From a bacterium (GTDB lineage Bacteria > Electryoneota > Electryoneia > Electryoneales > Electryoneaceae), in NCBI GenBank assembly GCA_963675295.2, contig CAXXKJ010000002.1, positions 896,001 through 960,000 of the forward strand: 64,000 nt of DNA. The letters run 5' to 3'. This document shows positions 10,239 through 19,335 of this stretch, in pieces. The notes under the pieces are model-generated. The model was given only the letters and a program-made list of their open reading frames with translations. It ran no database searches and had not been told where the DNA came from. The first letter of the stretch is position 1; each line of letters begins with the position of its first letter. A program made the translations under genes and the position numbers.

Positions 10239-10264
10239 GTGCCCCAGACATTCATGTCTGGGAT
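10239..10264. repeat. REP-like palindrome, family ATCCC-stem-GGGGCA (copy 2, inverted)
   Basis: GTGCCCCAGACATTCATGTCTGGGAT. Confidence 0.65.
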
Positions 10265-10332
10265 GATCCGCACCAGATGTGCCCCTGATGGCTGTGCCAG
10301 CAGGGATTGGCCGCAGGGGTAGGATCGGTTAT

Positions 10333-10362
10333 CCCGCGTTGTTGGATTCAACACGGGCAAGA
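10333..10362 (-). repeat. Repeated hairpin CCCGCGTTG-loop-CAACACGGGCAAGA
   Basis: Same arms recur at 24371-24401; both lie between convergent genes. Confidence 0.55.
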
Positions 10363-10458
10363 GCAGAGGTATCAACCAGTAGTACATCCCGACTAGCTCT
10401 TTTGCAGTTGGTGCACACCAGAACTTTCGTTTCTTTCGCACCTTTCGCGGTTCAGAAG

Positions 10459-10546
10459 TCGGTAATCGGTAATCGGTAATCGGTAATCGGTAATCAGTGG
10501 TCAGTAATCCGTCAGTAGTCAGTGCTCAGTTATCAGTTATCAGTCC
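10459..10546. repeat. Heptamer tandem array: (TCGGTAA)x5 plus degenerate TCAGTNN units
   Basis: Read directly; flanked by 9-mer-periodic tracts at about 10424-10452 and 10553-10580. Confidence 0.85.
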
Positions 10547-10578
10547 ATGCGTTTCCGTGTATTCTGCGTATTCCGTGG

Positions 10579-10950
10579 TTATTTCTTCTTTTTCTTCCTC
10601 GCCTTGTTCGGTGGTTCGGCGGAGACGGTCTCCAGTGAGGTGTGCACGAACCACGCCCAGTCGTCGTGATATTCGGGCGCGTCCGGCTTAATCCATTCGA
10701 CCCAGGTGCCGAGCGGTTTCGCGTTCATCGGGTTGAAGGGCTCGACGTCATCCCGTGCCAACGCTTCGTCATACTTCTCCGGCGGCATTTTGACAATCAG
10801 GCCGTCCTCGCCGATCATCAGGAAGAACTTGTTGTTGACAGCAAGTCGCCAGCCTGGGTGGCCCATCATCTGCGACCGTTCGATGTCCGGGTAGCTCCGC
10901 AGTTTATCCTCGCACAATTCGAGCAGATCGTCACGGTATCGGTGCGGCAT
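10579..10950 (-). CDS. TfoX-N / MmcQ-YjbR-like small protein
   Basis: MMGHPGW...NNKFF...LIVK...PF.P...W pattern; SD GGGAG; start at ATG 10950. Confidence 0.55.
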   Translation of the reverse strand: MPHRYRDDLLELCEDKLRSYPDIERSQMMGHPGWRLAVNNKFFLMIGEDGLIVKMPPEKYDEALARDDVEPFNPMNAKPLGTWVEWIKPDAPEYHDDWAWFVHTSLETVSAEPPNKARKKKKK

Positions 10951-11042
10951 CAGTCTCACTCCCTGGGTGGTGGATTGGGTGTGAGAAGATAGCGCTCGCC
11001 TGACGAAAAAGCTACACAATTGTTCAGTATGCTGGAGCGTGG

Positions 11043-11504
11043 TCAGGCTGTGCCGAACTGCTTTCGGATCACCTGTGTACGGTGGCTGAAGATGCGCTCG
11101 ACACGGTTGCGGACCAGTCCGGCCCCGAGCCGGTTGCCGAGTGGTCCGAAGGGCAGCAGGTAACGGACTTCGTCCCGGATCAACGTGCCGCCCTCGACGT
11201 CCTCGAAGGTGTGAGTGTGATGCCAGAACGCGTACGGGCCCTTGATCTGTTCGTCGACAAACTTGTGCGGCGGATCGTACGCGGTGATCAGCGTGCGCCA
11301 GTGCATGCGCACCCCCGGGAACGGGCTGATGGTGTAGTCGATCACCGTCCCGCGACGCATCTCGATCGGTGTCGGGGTGAGGATGTGGAACCCGAGATCG
11401 GCCGGAGTGATCTCGGCGAGGTTTTCCGGCCGGTCGAAAAAGGCGAAGACCTCATCGCGTGGACGCGGGACAAACTGCTCGCGTTTCAGGATGTATGGAT
11501 TCAT
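11043..11504 (-). CDS. SRPBCC (cyclase/dehydrase-like) family protein
   Basis: VFAFFDRPENLAEITP...FVDEQIKGPYAFWHHTHTF motif. Confidence 0.85.
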   Translation of the reverse strand: MNPYILKREQFVPRPRDEVFAFFDRPENLAEITPADLGFHILTPTPIEMRRGTVIDYTISPFPGVRMHWRTLITAYDPPHKFVDEQIKGPYAFWHHTHTFEDVEGGTLIRDEVRYLLPFGPLGNRLGAGLVRNRVERIFSHRTQVIRKQFGTA

Positions 11505-11654
11505 GGTGTATGGTTGTTCCTGGTTGGTTGTGGTGTAACGGATCAGCGCCGCAGAACGAAACAGCGGTCCTGTTTGCCAACTTGGAATGCAACCCGTGCG
11601 CCAGAATACGCAGCCTACTTCAGCACGACGATCTTCTGCGAGACAGTTGAGCCA

Positions 11655-11686
11655 GCGGGGACACATTGTCCTCAATGTGTCCCCGC
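11655..11686. repeat. REP-like palindrome, family GGGGACAC...GTGTCCCC
   Basis: Perfect 14-bp stem with TCCT loop; relatives at 29784, 29827 and 50887. Confidence 0.7.
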
Positions 11687-11711
11687 GTACCGGCTACTCA
11701 GTCCCCCAACA

Positions 11712-14696
11712 TCATTTGAGCACGACAAGCTTCCGTGTTGCGACGGAGGTATTCCAAGCAGCCTGGGTTCCGTCAACAATTTCCGCCCGGACAAAGTAGA
11801 TCCCGCTGGCGAGGGATGATCCATCCACTGTCAGTGTGTGCGTTCCGGCGGTGTAGGGGCCGTGCGCGAGGGTCATCACCTCCTGCCCGAGCACGTTGAA
11901 CAGCGAGACGGTCAGGTCGCCGGGAGTGGGTAGCGTGACAGTCACCGTCGCGGACGCGTTGAACGGGTTGGGATAGATGGAATCCAGGGCGAATACTTCA
12001 GGATTGGTGTTCTTTGATTCAACATCCAACAACGCAATCCCCTGTGATAGTCTTTGCCCATAGACTTGAACACTGCTGTATCGGTCGTCATTCCATTGCA
12101 GGATTGCTCCACCAGAACCATCTGGCTCCAACGCATTCACGAACAGGTTGTAGCATTGAATATCAAAATTATATTCCTCACTTGTACTCAAGCCATCTGC
12201 AGAGATGTGGACGCTGACAAGCCTGCTTGCGTCCAAGTTGCCTGAGTTTTGATCAGCACACATATACGCACTACCATCCGGAAGTCCCATGACTTGAATG
12301 GATTGAAATCCTCCAGTTCTAATTGGATTATCGAATGCAACTGAGCCATCGAGGTTGATGCGTTTTGCATAGGCAGAATCAGCAATCACGTCGGACCAGG
12401 CAATCCAGAAGCTGCCAGATTCCAGTAGTCCATGCACCGAGCATTGAAGATCATCAAGGTGTTGGCAATCAGCCAACAGCAGAGGTTGATCCGGCCAAAC
12501 CGAATTTCCATCCAGATCCAGTAGTTCTCCCAGAATGCGGTCAGGATCTGGATTGGAGACTCGTGCCGGATAAACGAGCAGAATTTGATCATCAATAATT
12601 TTCATTAATGGGTAGGGGAAGCCTCCCATGGGTTGAGCGTCTGTCGTCCATAGAATATCACCGCTAATATTTCTCTTGGACACGTGCATGTTGATCGCAT
12701 CACGGTAGAGCAGAAGGAAGACTTCACCAGGAATCAGCCATTCAATACAGCGCGTCTCACAATCTTCGCCCACACCACCCAATTCCAGCAAATCTTCATC
12801 GCCTGTGTGCCAAAGAGGGTTTCCATCCGCATCAAGCCAGCTTGCAGCTATCCCTTCATAGTTATTGTCATAATTGCGGTAACGGAATATCATATACACG
12901 CCACCATTTTCATCCGGCGCTAGCGTGATATCGAGAATAATGTGGTCTGGTTGGGTTTGTTGATTAATCGTGACGCCCTCTCCGTCCCACAGCGGGATTC
13001 CGGTGGAGCTTATTTTTTGCAGGACTATCGTATCTATGTCGTTCTCACGGGATCTTTTAGAGGCAGCCAGGTACAAGTTCGAATCTTCGTCCATGCAGCC
13101 ACACAACATTTCGAATTTATATTCTGGGTTATAAACGTACTCTGGGAGAGCTGGCACACCGTTCAATGCAAGTAGAGGTGATCCGTCGTCTGTGTTCGAG
13201 ATCTGGCAATAGGGTCCACCTCGTCCATCAATCCAGTAGCTGTACATGAAATCACCAGCGATGAACATGTTATCTTTGAGGCCAGAACCAGCGTTCGGGG
13301 TCGTGGTTACAAAGGTCCCGTTTTGCGGCAGGGTTAGCTCGTGAATTTGTGGATCATAGTTTTGAATCCGGATCCCGTGGGGATCGTCTTGATAGACGAT
13401 GCTCACTTGACCGTTGGCATTTCCAACTGTAAGATATTTTGATGAAAGCAATTGCAGGTCAGCAATGGTATATGCAGCACCTTCTGCAGTGAAATGCGTG
13501 ATGGATTTTGGTAACTGGTCTCCATAAACGCAGATCAATCCATCGGATAAATCAGATGCAAACGCCAGATATTGGTCGGTGAAAGCGTTTTGAATTTCGA
13601 TTCGTGCATCCCAGAAAACTTCAAGCGAATCGCGACCACCGATTCGTTGAGCGATCAATTTGTTCTCCGGTAACCCTTGATGGCACAGTATGATAGCAGA
13701 GCCCGGTAGTGAAGCAGAAAACTGAATCAACTCGGGTCCATTACTGGTCAGAGAATCCAAGGCTATTCCGTAAATTCCTGCTGACGTACTCCCATTGAGA
13801 AAAATCCGATTTGCTCTTATCTGGTGATCATTAAACCCATGTGTACGCGTCCAGGCGATGAACGCGCCCCCATACCCGTCGCTGCAGAAATAGGATTTCG
13901 TGTCGTAAGAACGTTGATACGTTGGAGTGGTCCAACGGATCGCGCCATCACTTCCAACCCGCTGCATGTAGGTACCGGTATGGGTCTGCCAGACAACAAG
14001 AACACCGTCTGTTCTGTCTGGTAGCAGATTGAGTTCGGAAATGGATCTATATGTATCCCATCCGGGGATTTCCAGTAAAACACCTTCTCCCGGCCAGTTG
14101 GCATCGCGAAGCCCTGTTTCCATCGAAACTCGGAAAATGCGAATCTGGCTGGGTGCACCGTTTTCCCGGGTATCGGCGGCGATGTACATGTGGCTCATTC
14201 CGTCTGACAGGAAGGCCAGCTTGGCTACGTTGCGGTTGTCCTCAAAAAATCTCACCCCGTACAAAGCCGGATTGGGATTTTGCGACCACAGCGGAGTACC
14301 ATCGTCAGCAAACCGTTGCATGTACAGCGATTTTCGGAAGATGTCGTTTTGTCCGCGATTGTCAAGCCACAATAGAATCCATCCGTCATCCGAGGTCAGA
14401 CCTTGAACCTCTGATTGAGTTCCCGGCGCCACGACAATTGGACGGCCATCGATTTCCCAAGCGGGTTCACCGTTTCCATTCATCAACTGACCGTAAAAAT
14501 TCCATGATTCGTCACGCGAATCGCTCCAGACGATCAAGCTTTCGCCTTGATTCAGACCAGGTAAAACAAGTTGAGGTTGCTTTTTGTGGGTTGCGCGAAT
14601 TTCAACACCGGTTTCGGGTGTCCAAAGTGTTTGAGCGTTGACGAGAAGGGGGGCAAGGAAAAGGGCGAGCAAGAAGAGAATGCCATGGTGTTTCAT
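11712..14696 (-). CDS. Large secreted beta-propeller-repeat protein with T9SS C-terminal domain
   Basis: Signal peptide; repeated SDGxGGAxxxW and QR...G...W blades; YPNPFNAS...SGIYF tail; AT-richer core. Confidence 0.75.
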   Translation of the reverse strand: MKHHGILFLLALFLAPLLVNAQTLWTPETGVEIRATHKKQPQLVLPGLNQGESLIVWSDSRDESWNFYGQLMNGNGEPAWEIDGRPIVVAPGTQSEVQGLTSDDGWILLWLDNRGQNDIFRKSLYMQRFADDGTPLWSQNPNPALYGVRFFEDNRNVAKLAFLSDGMSHMYIAADTRENGAPSQIRIFRVSMETGLRDANWPGEGVLLEIPGWDTYRSISELNLLPDRTDGVLVVWQTHTGTYMQRVGSDGAIRWTTPTYQRSYDTKSYFCSDGYGGAFIAWTRTHGFNDHQIRANRIFLNGSTSAGIYGIALDSLTSNGPELIQFSASLPGSAIILCHQGLPENKLIAQRIGGRDSLEVFWDARIEIQNAFTDQYLAFASDLSDGLICVYGDQLPKSITHFTAEGAAYTIADLQLLSSKYLTVGNANGQVSIVYQDDPHGIRIQNYDPQIHELTLPQNGTFVTTTPNAGSGLKDNMFIAGDFMYSYWIDGRGGPYCQISNTDDGSPLLALNGVPALPEYVYNPEYKFEMLCGCMDEDSNLYLAASKRSRENDIDTIVLQKISSTGIPLWDGEGVTINQQTQPDHIILDITLAPDENGGVYMIFRYRNYDNNYEGIAASWLDADGNPLWHTGDEDLLELGGVGEDCETRCIEWLIPGEVFLLLYRDAINMHVSKRNISGDILWTTDAQPMGGFPYPLMKIIDDQILLVYPARVSNPDPDRILGELLDLDGNSVWPDQPLLLADCQHLDDLQCSVHGLLESGSFWIAWSDVIADSAYAKRINLDGSVAFDNPIRTGGFQSIQVMGLPDGSAYMCADQNSGNLDASRLVSVHISADGLSTSEEYNFDIQCYNLFVNALEPDGSGGAILQWNDDRYSSVQVYGQRLSQGIALLDVESKNTNPEVFALDSIYPNPFNASATVTVTLPTPGDLTVSLFNVLGQEVMTLAHGPYTAGTHTLTVDGSSLASGIYFVRAEIVDGTQAAWNTSVATRKLVVLK

Positions 14697-14740
14697 CTCT
14701 GTCTCCACTAATTTGGTTTAATTTTTGATACATCTAGGAA

Positions 14741-14769
14741 AATATAAAGGTGGCTGAGGCATTAGTCAA
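14741..14769 (-). promoter_or_regulatory. Sigma70-type promoter TTGACT-N17-TATATT for the 14696 gene
   Basis: Near-consensus boxes, 17-bp spacer, about 45 bp upstream of the start codon. Confidence 0.6.
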
Positions 14770-14845
14770 CGGGCCTGGCGCTACTCACGTAGAAATATTC
14801 TCAGATTGTGTTCCATTTCAATTATAGCGATTGTCAGAAACAATG

Positions 14846-14925
14846 GTTAGGCACTCCTACCCGTTTGGCGGTAAGGGACAGAATACTCTATCTTGGGCAC
14901 TGTTATGCACCTCCTTTCACAAGCA
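14846..14925 (-). repeat. 80-bp direct repeat copy 1, with SD AAAGGAGGT and 17-aa sORF (14847-14900, MPKIEYSVPYRQTGRSA)
   Basis: 74/80 identical to 17675-17754 by manual alignment. Confidence 0.85.
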
Positions 14926-15030
14926 GGTTGAATGTACCGTTGGATGGAGGGTTGCAACGAAGTGCCAGAGGGGAGGCGCGCTGTGGCCCGACAGGTTCGG
15001 GCGGGTGTTCCGTTCGCGAATTGCAAAAAT

Positions 15031-15063
15031 AAAAGGGACACCCATACCAGACGGATGTCCCCT
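15031..15063 (-). terminator. Probable intrinsic terminator after the CotH gene
   Basis: GGGACA...TGTCCC stem followed by a T-tract on the minus strand. Confidence 0.55.
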
Positions 15064-15083
15064 GAACGTACAATGCTATCCAG

Positions 15084-17441
15084 CTACTTCATCATGATCA
15101 TCTTGTTCACAAGCTGGTATTGTCCGGATTTCAGCACCGTCAGGTAAATTCCTGAACTCACTTGTTGACCATATCGATCCGTACCAGTCCAGGCAATGCT
15201 GTGTGACCCGGCAGGCATTCTCGTATCAACCAGTGTGATGACCTCTTCGCCAAGAATGTTCAGAATCTGGATTTTTACCTGATCAGCAAATTGTAGATCG
15301 TAGCTGATCGTCGTACTTGCATTGAACGGGTTCGGGTAGTTCTGATGCAGAGATATCTCAAGGGGCAGACTTGCCGTACTCTCCGCTGCACCAGAAAATC
15401 CGTCCACATTTTCATCAGAGAACGTGGGTGTCATCTGAAGAAATGGGCCAGTACCATTTGGGAAGCGTCCGAAACTGATGTCCTCATCCTGTTCGCCAAA
15501 ATCGATCCCATCGACGGTTTCTCCGTCCGAATCGACCAGCAGTACTGATTCCCCTCCGGCTGACAATTTGAATGAGGCATGCAATCCCTCCTGCTCCTCA
15601 TCTTCGTCAGCCCAGACAATCAGGTATCCGTTCGCTTCAATCGAAGTGTCCGGAAACGCCCATTGAAAAAGTTCTGTCTCATCGTCCGTTAAATAGCAAC
15701 CTGACAACGACACATCTTCATCACCAGTGTTGAAAAGTTCGATCCAGTCATCATACTCGCCGTCCTGGTCGGCAGCAGTGGTGTCGTTTGAGGCCATGAA
15801 CTCGTTGATTACAACGTCAGACAAGTCGTCTACGACATCAATGTTATAGAATTCATATTCAGCCCTCGCTGGGGAGAATGTAGCTGCCGAATTGTTCTCG
15901 GCGTAGATATAGTAGTGACAACCGGAATTGTTGACGTCAATTGAGCCACCAAACAAGCCGTCGTTTGCCTGGCCATCATTGTGTTGGCCATCGTCAAACA
16001 TTTCAACAGAAGTAAAGCGCTCACCGTGTTGATACCTGTATGCCAACGTAACATTATCGGCATTATCCACCTCAGCAGTAACCCAGACTTCAGAATTGGG
16101 TGGAATGATTTCAGGTGTAACGACGATCTGGCTAATTTCAGGTTCATTCAAGAACCAGTTGTTGTTCAGTAGGTAGGTGGCCCTGGCATCCATTAATTGA
16201 ACAATACCTGGAACTTGACCCACCTGGTTTTCAACGTTGTTCAGGAAGTCGTTGTAAGAGTAAAACTTGTTAGCATCAGCTAAAACGTGATCATCAATTA
16301 TCGCCTGTATCTCGTTGGCTCGTGTCTCATACCAGCCGTTGGAAAAGTTTTCTTCTACAATTGTTCGCATATGAGCGATGTACTGCTTCTGCAGATCGGG
16401 ATCGTTCAGCAGGTTGACCAAGACCGGAAAACTGGGATTCTGGTTGTTGTAGAAGGGGTCAAGCTGCTGCAATTGTTGAATCGTAAGTTCTTGTCCGGGT
16501 CCGATTCCTGATCGTCTGAATGATCCGAACGACTCATTTAAATCCCAAAGGATGTAGTTGAACTGACGATTGTCAGCCATGTAGAGATAGAAGTTGTGGA
16601 TGTAGTTTATCGGGCTGTCGAGGTTAACCAGGACATTGTGGAAAGCCATGTGCCACAAAGTACGGTCAACATCAAGTATATCATCGACTGATGCAGTGTG
16701 GTTATTCAGCGTATCGCACAGATTTACTAACTCATTCCATCCGTAATCCGATTTCAGTTCATACGAGGTGTAGTAATATGTGGAATCGGGTCCCAGATAA
16801 GCAAGGTTAGCCATACCACCACCGGGTCCGGGAGATTCGATAGCATCACCCTTAAAAAACGAATTATCTTCACTTAGGAGGTGGCTTCGCAGGAAATGTT
16901 TATCAACAGATTGCACACTTGTGTATAGACCAATATGCTCACCGTTTACATAAACATTCATGTAGTTAGCAAGACTTGTAGGCATGTACTTTCGACCTAT
17001 TTCATAACTAAGAACTTCTCTTACAAATGATGGATCTTTATAAGCATTTGATAGCTTCAGTGTTCCGTAGCCATCGATCTCTTGATCGTCAATAATATGA
17101 TCAAGCTTGATGTTAAAAGGTTTCTTGGGTCCATTGACTCCAACGTACGAACTATTCCCTTTGTACCGCACACCAACACTGTCAAATAGCTCTCCGTTTA
17201 TGAGAGCAGAACCAACCAATCGCTCTTCATCTCCAGCATCATAGTAAGCGGCTAAGATGTCCGCCCAATTATCCTCGTCAAAGGTAATTTCTATTGTGTT
17301 TACGCTTTCGATATCGTAGAAATCCTGGCCAATCGCAGGTTGGCTGAAAAATGTCAGAGCCAGAATGCCGAGAGTGAACACGGTGGTAAATGTAACCAAT
17401 GCTTGTTGTACCCGTTTAGCATGCAAAGACAGATAACCCAT
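15084..17441 (-). CDS. CotH-family kinase, lamin-tail domain and T9SS/FlgD-type C-terminal domain
   Basis: VGVRYKGNSS, DPSFVREVLSY, HNFYLY and WDLNESFG CotH motifs; VVINEFMASN...DWIELFN lamin-tail motif; NYPNPFNAST tail. Confidence 0.85.
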   Translation of the reverse strand: MGYLSLHAKRVQQALVTFTTVFTLGILALTFFSQPAIGQDFYDIESVNTIEITFDEDNWADILAAYYDAGDEERLVGSALINGELFDSVGVRYKGNSSYVGVNGPKKPFNIKLDHIIDDQEIDGYGTLKLSNAYKDPSFVREVLSYEIGRKYMPTSLANYMNVYVNGEHIGLYTSVQSVDKHFLRSHLLSEDNSFFKGDAIESPGPGGGMANLAYLGPDSTYYYTSYELKSDYGWNELVNLCDTLNNHTASVDDILDVDRTLWHMAFHNVLVNLDSPINYIHNFYLYMADNRQFNYILWDLNESFGSFRRSGIGPGQELTIQQLQQLDPFYNNQNPSFPVLVNLLNDPDLQKQYIAHMRTIVEENFSNGWYETRANEIQAIIDDHVLADANKFYSYNDFLNNVENQVGQVPGIVQLMDARATYLLNNNWFLNEPEISQIVVTPEIIPPNSEVWVTAEVDNADNVTLAYRYQHGERFTSVEMFDDGQHNDGQANDGLFGGSIDVNNSGCHYYIYAENNSAATFSPARAEYEFYNIDVVDDLSDVVINEFMASNDTTAADQDGEYDDWIELFNTGDEDVSLSGCYLTDDETELFQWAFPDTSIEANGYLIVWADEDEEQEGLHASFKLSAGGESVLLVDSDGETVDGIDFGEQDEDISFGRFPNGTGPFLQMTPTFSDENVDGFSGAAESTASLPLEISLHQNYPNPFNASTTISYDLQFADQVKIQILNILGEEVITLVDTRMPAGSHSIAWTGTDRYGQQVSSGIYLTVLKSGQYQLVNKMIMMK

Positions 17442-17674
17442 GGTAACTCCCTCCCTGGACGGCCGACAAGATTTCCTTATCGGTATTTGGATGACGGTTG
17501 TTGCTTTCACTATTCAGACGCACCAACTCATGGGAGGTTTAACCGCTTGTCTCTCGCCAGCCATTTCCTGTTTGCACTGTCCCCGGGCCATGGCGAGAAT
17601 GCTAGTCGCAGAGGGAACCCGTACAGGGTTTCAGGGAGTATTTTCGATAGATTCTGCCGTGTAGACAGGTAGTC

Positions 17675-17754
17675 GTTAGGCACTCCTATCCGTTTGGCGG
17701 TAAGGGACAGAATTCTCTATCTTGGACATTGTTACGCACTTCCTTTCACAAGCA
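17675..17754 (-). repeat. 80-bp direct repeat copy 2, with SD AAAGGAAGT and 17-aa sORF (17676-17729, MSKIENSVPYRQTDRSA)
   Basis: 74/80 identical to 14846-14925. Confidence 0.85.
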
Positions 17755-17907
17755 TGTGTGAAAGTACGATCTGGTGATGCGTTTTCGTGTTGGCAGGTGT
17801 GTGGGGGCCACGCCTGAATGCAAGCCTGGGCTTGATTCGCCGGCTTTTGTGTGTGACCCTGGTACGTGACAAAAGGTGCAATCTGCGAACCCGATGAGGA
17901 GAAGGCG

Positions 17908-19221
17908 ATGGGTGAGCGTGTGACGATGACTCCGGATGTTGATTTCATCCGGAAGGTGCAGGAAGCTGGCGGCGGCACATTGAAGAAGTGCTACCAGTGC
18001 GCGACCTGCAGCACGGTCTGTGAGTTGTCCCCGGCGGACAAGCCGTTCCCGCGCAAGGAGATGTTGTGGGCGCAGTGGGGCATGCGTGAAAAGCTGATTT
18101 CCGATCCGGACATCTGGCTGTGTCACCAGTGCAACGACTGTTCGACACGGTGTCCGCGTGGTGCGAAACCGGGTGATGTGCTGGCGGCGATCCGTGCGCA
18201 CATTTACGAAACGTTCACGTTCCCGCGTTTCATGGGCAAGGCGCTGGCGTCCCCGGCGGCGTTGCCGATCCTGTTGCTGGTGCCGGCGTTGATCGTGGCC
18301 GGGTTGATTTTCCTCAACATCCAGTTCAACCAGGAACATCTGCAGCACGAGTTCGGGATTCATGAACAGGTGACGTTGTCGACGTTCTTCAACACGCCGG
18401 AAGTTCACCTGACGTCCTTCGTACCGGCCGGCTACACGGAGATGCTGTTCATCTTCGGCAACCTGGTCATTTTCCTGATCGCGGCGGTTGGGTTGTTGCG
18501 GTTCTGGAAGCAATTGCAGCATTCGGCCGCGCCTGGCGGTGGGCCGGGTTTTGTACCGGCGTTGCTGCAGACACTGGGCGACGTCTTCACGCACAAGTAC
18601 TTCGGCGAGTGCGGGCAGAATCGTCCGCGTCAGCTGGCGCACCTGTTCGTGATGTACGGCTTCCTGCTCGCGGCTGCCGCGGCGGGGCTGGCGTTGCTGC
18701 GTGTGATCAACACGAACCTCGGGTTGATTCCCGGTGACTGGTTCATGTATGGGCATGATCCGTCAAACCTGCCGAGCCCGATCAAGTGGGTCGGTATGAT
18801 TGGTGGGTTGGGCCTGTTTGTCGGCGGGCTGATGATGGTGATCCGCCGCAACACCAATGCGGACGGCGTCGGCGCGAACGGCTACGCCGACAAGCTGTTC
18901 CTGTGGATGGTGTTCTGGGTTGGCACGACGGGCATGCTGAGCTGGCTGCTGCGTTGGGCCGGTGTCCCGACGGTGGCCTATCCGCTGTATTACATCCACA
19001 TCGTTGTCGTCTTCTTCCTGCTGTGGTACATGCCGTACAGCAAGTTTGCACACATGCTGTATCGTGGTCTGGCGATGGTCTGGGCGCGTCAGAACATGCG
19101 GCAGTTCGGTAAGGAAGCGACAGCTGGCGCGCGCGCGATGGCGCCGCAGCCGGCAGCAGCACCTGTGGCGGCGATGGACGATGCTGAAGAAGAAAAGGAA
19201 GCGCAGCCTGCGACCGCGTAG
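17908..19221 (+). CDS. qmoC: Quinone-interacting membrane-bound oxidoreductase subunit C (two 4Fe-4S clusters plus heme-b membrane domain)
   Basis: CYQCATCSTVC...FPRKEMLWAQWG...WLCHQCNDCSTRCPRGAKPGD; PYSKFAHMLYR; SD GAGGAG. Confidence 0.85.
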   Translation: MGERVTMTPDVDFIRKVQEAGGGTLKKCYQCATCSTVCELSPADKPFPRKEMLWAQWGMREKLISDPDIWLCHQCNDCSTRCPRGAKPGDVLAAIRAHIYETFTFPRFMGKALASPAALPILLLVPALIVAGLIFLNIQFNQEHLQHEFGIHEQVTLSTFFNTPEVHLTSFVPAGYTEMLFIFGNLVIFLIAAVGLLRFWKQLQHSAAPGGGPGFVPALLQTLGDVFTHKYFGECGQNRPRQLAHLFVMYGFLLAAAAAGLALLRVINTNLGLIPGDWFMYGHDPSNLPSPIKWVGMIGGLGLFVGGLMMVIRRNTNADGVGANGYADKLFLWMVFWVGTTGMLSWLLRWAGVPTVAYPLYYIHIVVVFFLLWYMPYSKFAHMLYRGLAMVWARQNMRQFGKEATAGARAMAPQPAAAPVAAMDDAEEEKEAQPATA

Positions 19222-19256
19222 GGGATAACACGACACGGAACTGTCGTGGAACGCAA

Positions 19257-19286
19257 AAGCCGCGTCTGGATACCAGGCGCGGCTTT
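19257..19286. terminator. Hairpin terminator between qmoC and the convergent lipoprotein genes
   Basis: AAAGCCGCGTCTGG...CCAGGCGCGGCTTT inverted repeat. Confidence 0.6.
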
Positions 19287-19335
19287 GCTGTCTGAATTAA
19301 CCACGGAATATGCGGAAGAAACAATGACCAACGGA

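Noticed and set aside
10459-10546. CRISPR array
   Set aside because: 7-bp tandem units without unique spacers; no cas genes.
14760-17760. Integron attC sites, since both 80-bp repeats begin at GTTAGGC (GTTRRRY)
   Set aside because: No convincing L boxes or canonical spacing, the conserved part lies on the wrong side of the core, and there is no integrase in the window. IntegronFinder would settle it.
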